Source: Desulfurella sp. (lineage in GTDB: Bacteria; Campylobacterota_A; Desulfurellia; Desulfurellales; Desulfurellaceae). Taken from it: 52,663 nt of DNA. Below the pieces are notes generated by a model. The model was given only the letters and a program-made list of their open reading frames with translations, searched no databases and was not told the origin of the DNA. Positions 48,214 to 52,663 of the stretch are shown here, in pieces; within the stretch, counting starts at the first letter, position 1; each line of letters opens with the position of its first letter. A program made the position numbers and the translations under genes. The stretch lies in contig JAVRLY010000001.1 of assembly GCA_031960885.1 (NCBI GenBank), positions 1 to 52,663 of the forward strand, in the 5' to 3' direction.

Positions 48214-48405
48214 ATGTCAAGAAAGTGCGAAATTTGCGGTAAAAGCGTTCATGTTGGAAATAATGTTAGCCATTCTAACAGAAAAACAAAAAAAGTATGG
48301 TTCCCAAATCTGCAAAAGGTTAAAGTTTTACAAAATGGCAAACCAAAAAAAATTATTGTATGCACCACTTGTATAAAATCTGGCAAAGTTGAAAAAGTAA
48401 TATAA
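48214..48405 (+). CDS. rpmB: 50S ribosomal protein L28 (Zn-ribbon, Cys-containing type)
   Basis: [34 protein letters not shown]; AGGAGG RBS before ATG 48214. Confidence 0.98.
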   Translation: MSRKCEICGKSVHVGNNVSHSNRKTKKVWFPNLQKVKVLQNGKPKKIIVCTTCIKSGKVEKVI

Positions 48406-48461
48406 AGTGTTGCGCTTAAAAGATTTACCTGTTTTTGACAGGTAAAATCTTTACTTTGAAA

Positions 48462-48830
48462 ATGTTTGGCATATCAGATAGTGAGCTTCTTGTAATACTG
48501 TTTATATTGATTGTAATCGTTGGTCCTAGGCGTTTTCCAGAAATAGCAAGAGAAATTGCTAAATTTTACAAGGCTTTTGTTAGAGCATATGAACAAGCAA
48601 AAAATGATATCAAACAAAACATAGATATTGATAGCCAGTACATAGAAGATATCAAGAAAATTAAGGATTTGAAAGATCTTACAAATTTCAAAAATATTAA
48701 AGATATCAAAAATATTAACCCTACAGAAAAGATAAAAAGCGAGTGGAGAAATTTAATAGAAGAAGTCAAAAAAGAAAGCTCTAATCAAACAAATAAAGAA
48801 ATAAAGTCAGATGAAGAAAAATCCAAATAA
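48462..48830 (+). CDS. tatB: Twin-arginine translocase TatB-like subunit
   Basis: MFGISDSELLVI..VIVGPRRFPEIAR; directly upstream of tatC. Confidence 0.85.
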   Translation: MFGISDSELLVILFILIVIVGPRRFPEIAREIAKFYKAFVRAYEQAKNDIKQNIDIDSQYIEDIKKIKDLKDLTNFKNIKDIKNINPTEKIKSEWRNLIEEVKKESSNQTNKEIKSDEEKSK

Positions 48831-49551
48831 TATGACTTTGCTTGAGCACTTAGAAGAGCTCAGGTTGAGAATCATTTACGCAACTATAGTACTTGCAATA
48901 TTGGCTCTTATAACATTTCACTATTCACTTAAGATTTTGCAGTTTATATTAGAGCCACTTTTAAAAGTTCTGCCTCCTGCTAGTCATGTGATATTTACTG
49001 GTATTACAGAAGCTTTTTGGGTAAGAATGGAGGTATCGATTTATGCAGCAATACTCTTTGGTTTACCATACATATTTTACCATATATGGATGTTTGTGCA
49101 CCCAGGTCTTACAAAAAAAGAAAAAAGAGTTGTTTTGCCATTTATTTTTTTTGCCACCGTATTTTTTTTAATAGGGTGTGTTTTTGCATATAAAGTAATA
49201 TTGCCAATAGGTTTAAAATTTTTGGTCAATTATGGTGGCAGTGAAATGTCTGCTATGCCTAGCATTAAGCAGTACGTGTCTTTTTTTTTGAGAATTTGCT
49301 TTGCATTCGGTATTATTTTTGAAATGCCAGTAATTAGCTATATTCTAGCAAAAGCTGATATAATCGATGCAAAATGGCTTATAAAAAAATGGGACTATGC
49401 CATACTTGCTGCATTTATAGTAGCTGCCATACTTGCACCGCCAGATGTATTGTCACAATTTTTGATGGCTATACCAATGATTTTGCTCTACGTTGTAAGT
49501 ATAGGTGTTGTATTTATTGCTCAAAAGCCACAAAAAGGAGAAGATGATTGA
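48811..49551 (+). CDS. tatC: Twin-arginine translocase TatC
   Basis: TLLEHLEELRLR, W.FVHPGL, FGIIFEMP, AAILAPPD. Confidence 0.96.
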   Translation: MKKNPNNMTLLEHLEELRLRIIYATIVLAILALITFHYSLKILQFILEPLLKVLPPASHVIFTGITEAFWVRMEVSIYAAILFGLPYIFYHIWMFVHPGLTKKEKRVVLPFIFFATVFFLIGCVFAYKVILPIGLKFLVNYGGSEMSAMPSIKQYVSFFLRICFAFGIIFEMPVISYILAKADIIDAKWLIKKWDYAILAAFIVAAILAPPDVLSQFLMAIPMILLYVVSIGVVFIAQKPQKGEDD

Positions 49552-50297
49552 GTTATGTAATTGTTTTCTTATTAGGTTTAATATTTGGCAGTTTTTTAAA
49601 CGTATGTATTTACAGAATACCGCGTGGCCTTTCAATAGTAAGTCCGCCATCGTCTTGTCCATTTTGTAACACGCGCATTAAATGGTACGATAACATACCA
49701 ATTTTAAGCTATGTATTGTTAAAAGGCCAATGTAGATCGTGTAAATCAAAAATATCAATAAAATATCCGATTGTAGAATTGCTTGGTGGGTTAATAGCGT
49801 TAGTTGTTGTTTTAAAGTTTGGCTTCAGTATAAAATCTATCTTTTGGATTGTGTTTGGGTATTGTTTATTAGTTTTAAGCTTTATTGATTTAGAATTGTT
49901 TATCATTCCAGACATAATTAATGTGATATTGTTTGTAAGTGGATTATTTTTTGTAATATATAACAAAACAGTAATTAATGGTGTTATTGGTGGGATATTT
50001 GGTTTTGGTTTGTTTTATATTTTATCTGTTGTATTTGCTAAGATATTCAAACAAGAGGCTTTAGGCTTTGGCGATGTTAAGCTTCTTGGCTCAATTGGAG
50101 TTTGGGTTGGTTGGAAAGGTGTTATATATACTGTTTTTTGTGCTTCATTTATTGGCTCAATAGTTGGGTTTTTGCTAATTATTTTATTTGGTAAAAGTTC
50201 GAAAGCCAAAATACCGTTTGGTCCTTTTTTGGCTATAAGCGCTTTTTCTTATATATTTTTTGGACAGAATATTTTGCATTTTATGTATGGTATTTAA
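49548..50297 (+). CDS. pilD: Prepilin peptidase/N-methyltransferase (A24)
   Basis: GSFLNVCIYRIP, CPFC..CRSC, SFID, LGFGDVKL, IPFGPFL. Confidence 0.94.
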   Translation: MSYVIVFLLGLIFGSFLNVCIYRIPRGLSIVSPPSSCPFCNTRIKWYDNIPILSYVLLKGQCRSCKSKISIKYPIVELLGGLIALVVVLKFGFSIKSIFWIVFGYCLLVLSFIDLELFIIPDIINVILFVSGLFFVIYNKTVINGVIGGIFGFGLFYILSVVFAKIFKQEALGFGDVKLLGSIGVWVGWKGVIYTVFCASFIGSIVGFLLIILFGKSSKAKIPFGPFLAISAFSYIFFGQNILHFMYGI

Positions 50298-50364
50298 TTT
50301 TTTTCTTGCAAAAATATTAATAGTTAAGTAAACTATACACTTACAAAGCATAGATGAGGTAGTT

Positions 50365-50904
50365 ATGGTTAATGCTTATGCAGTGGTAGATGTTTTTAAT
50401 GCGTATTATAATTATCAAGTAAAATTTTCAAATCTGTATAATTTTTTTATTGAAGACTCAAAAGTAAGATTGCAAGATATAAAAGAAGAATTTAAAAAAG
50501 TTTCACAAAAGTATGGTATAATTTTGCAGGATAAAAATGTACCTACAATGACAACACTAAAATCGTATGCTTCAAAAAGCTATAAATATTGGCAAGCTGA
50601 CTTTTACGACCCAAAAAATTCTATATTTATTGAATTAGAGCTCAATACACAAAAAAATCAAACTGCTTGGGTTAGCGCAATAGGCCAAACATTTATGTAT
50701 ATTGCAGATGCTAATTTTAGACACTATACCTATATTATCTTTGTTATAGATAAAGCCATAAAACGCGAGCTAAACGAAAACGATAAGTATCTATTGGATT
50801 TTTTATCTGGAGTTGGTATTTATTGCTACAGTATATACCAAAACGATAAAAACGAGATTAAATCTTATACAACCATACCTTCAAATTTACTCTATTTACG
50901 ATAA
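50365..50904 (+). CDS. Hypothetical protein, possible PD-(D/E)xK-like fold
   Basis: Own promoter (TTGCAA-N17-TAAACT at 50306-50334) and GAGG RBS; ADFY..IFIELE..AIGQ..Y pattern. Confidence 0.6.
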   Translation: MVNAYAVVDVFNAYYNYQVKFSNLYNFFIEDSKVRLQDIKEEFKKVSQKYGIILQDKNVPTMTTLKSYASKSYKYWQADFYDPKNSIFIELELNTQKNQTAWVSAIGQTFMYIADANFRHYTYIIFVIDKAIKRELNENDKYLLDFLSGVGIYCYSIYQNDKNEIKSYTTIPSNLLYLR

Positions 50905-50914
50905 TTATTTTGAA

Positions 50915-52492
50915 TTACTTACTATTTAAATACCTTAAGTATTCTTTTTTAAATAATGGTGTGAAGTTTATAAGATTTTCTTTTTCTTTTTTGTTTAGTA
51001 TTGTTACATTTTTTTGTGCGCATGTTGTAGGTTTCATGAGATTTGTAGCATAATTATCTTTTATAGGGTAAAATCCTTCGCCGGCTACAGTTTTGTTGCC
51101 ATGACAAAATAGACAACTTCTTGCTTTGCCAATTGTGTGTGGAAAATATGGCTCCCAATCTGCACCCATAAATTTATTATTAAGCAGCACTTTGTTTTGA
51201 GCATTCTTATAACTAAAATAATACTGATACATGGGTCTTAGTATAACATACTTTTGGCCCATTTTGCCCAAAATTACATACTCCCATCTAGTAAATAGAT
51301 AACCTATATGCCACAAACCAGGTTCCATTTTACCGGAAAGGAAATCTTCTTGTATTGGTGGGGGTGGAGATTTACCTTCATTTATAAGCTCTATTGCATG
51401 CGATAAAAATTTATCTGTTTGTGGGTTGCCAGTTAGTGTAAAAGCTTCCCATTTTTGATAATCTTTTGTATCATCTTTTAAAGCGTAAAAACCAAAATCA
51501 TAAATGGTCCACTTAGCGTGACAAGCACTGCAAGATACATTTTCGTGGTATTTATGTCCTGGAATGTTTGGATTAAATAATTTAATGTTTGGGAAAAACT
51601 TTGTAGGTTTTGAATGGTAAGTTCCATGGCATGTTTGACAGCTCACTTGAAGTGCTTGAGTTTCATTATGATAAAAAACGCCATTGCCCATAACTTCTGC
51701 TTTTGTGTGGCAACTTAAGCATGTCATGCCATATTTAGCATGCACATCTTTTGTTAGATAATTGTAATCAATGCCATATATGACAGGTGGGAAGTTTCCT
51801 TCTTTATTAATTGGTGTTCTGTATGTTTCACCGAATTCTTTTGGAAACATACCTAAGTAATCAGTACCAACGTATTGTTTGTTGTGGCATGAAAGACAAT
51901 TTGCCATTTGGGGTTTAATGAAACGATGATAGCTGATATTTGAAGGTTTAACTTTTAAGGCTTTATCAGAACCTAGATAAATACCATTTTTTGAAAGCGG
52001 CATATGACATGCAGCACACCCACTTGGTCTGTATAGTCCAGTGCCTTTTTCACCTTCACTTGCAACGTGACATTTTAGACAATTTTGTCTCAAAAATTGA
52101 AATGCTAATGTTTCTTCCATATTATTTCCTTTTGTTGGTAGCGTTTGAGTTGTATAGTGTGTTCTTTTATGTAGCAGTGTAAATAAAGTTTTATTTATTT
52201 CGCCATAAGCAGTGTAGTGTAGGGAATGTTCCATGTCAAATATATCTTTTTGATGACACTTGGCGCAAAAAACATCAACGTACTTAGGTGCTGAAGGGTT
52301 TTTGATAATGAGATTATGAGAATTAAGTGGCTTGTTTTTCTCTTTAGGTAGCACATGGCAATCTTGACAGCTAAAATTGTGTGGTTTTTCCATTCGTTCT
52401 ATACCATTGTGGCATTTTAAACAATCGTTGTAATTTTCTGCTTTAACATATGCTGGTAAAAAAATGAGCGCAATAATAATTAAAAACCACAT
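50915..52492 (-). CDS. Exported multiheme cytochrome c with 10 CxxCH motifs
   Basis: Signal peptide; CLKCH, CQDCH, CAKCH, CLKCH, CAACH, CLSCH, CLSCH, CQTCH, CSACH, CLFCH. Confidence 0.93.
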   Translation of the reverse strand: MWFLIIIALIFLPAYVKAENYNDCLKCHNGIERMEKPHNFSCQDCHVLPKEKNKPLNSHNLIIKNPSAPKYVDVFCAKCHQKDIFDMEHSLHYTAYGEINKTLFTLLHKRTHYTTQTLPTKGNNMEETLAFQFLRQNCLKCHVASEGEKGTGLYRPSGCAACHMPLSKNGIYLGSDKALKVKPSNISYHRFIKPQMANCLSCHNKQYVGTDYLGMFPKEFGETYRTPINKEGNFPPVIYGIDYNYLTKDVHAKYGMTCLSCHTKAEVMGNGVFYHNETQALQVSCQTCHGTYHSKPTKFFPNIKLFNPNIPGHKYHENVSCSACHAKWTIYDFGFYALKDDTKDYQKWEAFTLTGNPQTDKFLSHAIELINEGKSPPPPIQEDFLSGKMEPGLWHIGYLFTRWEYVILGKMGQKYVILRPMYQYYFSYKNAQNKVLLNNKFMGADWEPYFPHTIGKARSCLFCHGNKTVAGEGFYPIKDNYATNLMKPTTCAQKNVTILNKKEKENLINFTPLFKKEYLRYLNSK

Positions 52493-52608
52493 GTGCTAAT
52501 TGTAGCATAAAAAAATTTTTTGATAAAGTAAAAAGTTTTAGGTAAGTGGTCCACACATACTTACCACCCCTACTAAATATATACAGATTCACAAACTTTT
52601 TCAACCAT

Positions 52609-52636
52609 TCATAGGGGTAGCCTGCTACCCCTATGA
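52609..52636. terminator. GC-rich hairpin, probably at the 3' end of an upstream minus-strand gene
   Basis: TCATAGGGGTAG-CCTG-CTACCCCTATGA; follows a minus-strand frame ending GFQPY* at the window edge. Confidence 0.55.
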
Positions 52637-52663
52637 TATCTTCCATTAGTAAGGTTGGAAACC

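Noticed and set aside
48640-48720. KDI/KNI low-complexity repeats in the TatB tail
   Set aside because: Imperfect amphipathic low-complexity sequence, ordinary for TatB C-termini.
52443-52646. 67-aa minus-strand ORF at the window end
   Set aside because: It runs through a strong hairpin and promoter-like elements, overlaps the cytochrome start by 50 nt and has no recognisable motif. It cannot be fully excluded because the frame is open to the window edge.

Overview
AT-rich (roughly 30% GC by eye) bacterial chromosome segment, with no mobile element, CRISPR array or rRNA. Gene content fits an acid-tolerant, sulfur-respiring Desulfurella-like organism (Campylobacterota); this is an inference. 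From left to right: a minus-strand housekeeping run (nadD, proA, proB, obgE, rpmA, rplU) and an Rrf2-cydAB oxygen-defence operon. Divergent from it is a ~12.7 kb dissimilatory sulfite-reduction island: an AmiS/UreI-like channel with an unannotated 28-aa membrane peptide, a degenerate HemC-CobA-HemD fusion, then dsrA-dsrB-dsrD-dsrL-dsrC-like-dsrM-dsrK, two DsrE-family genes, sirC and dsrN, with no dsrJOP. The DsrC-like protein lacks the second conserved Cys. Next come a GGDEF protein, a FetAB-like ABC pair, an amber-interrupted di-iron (ODP-like) gene, tRNA-Ala(GGC), a periplasmic Sud-like rhodanese, hemG/hemH/hemE, polA, tRNA-Val(CAC), aspS, hisS and lptF (probable CTG start). These are followed by a variant Ara4N lipid A modification operon facing a PagL-like deacylase, then kamA-family, moaE, nth, dprA, topA, rpmB, tatBC, pilD, an orphan nuclease-fold ORF and a decaheme cytochrome c. 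All family calls come from motif recognition by eye; no searches were run.
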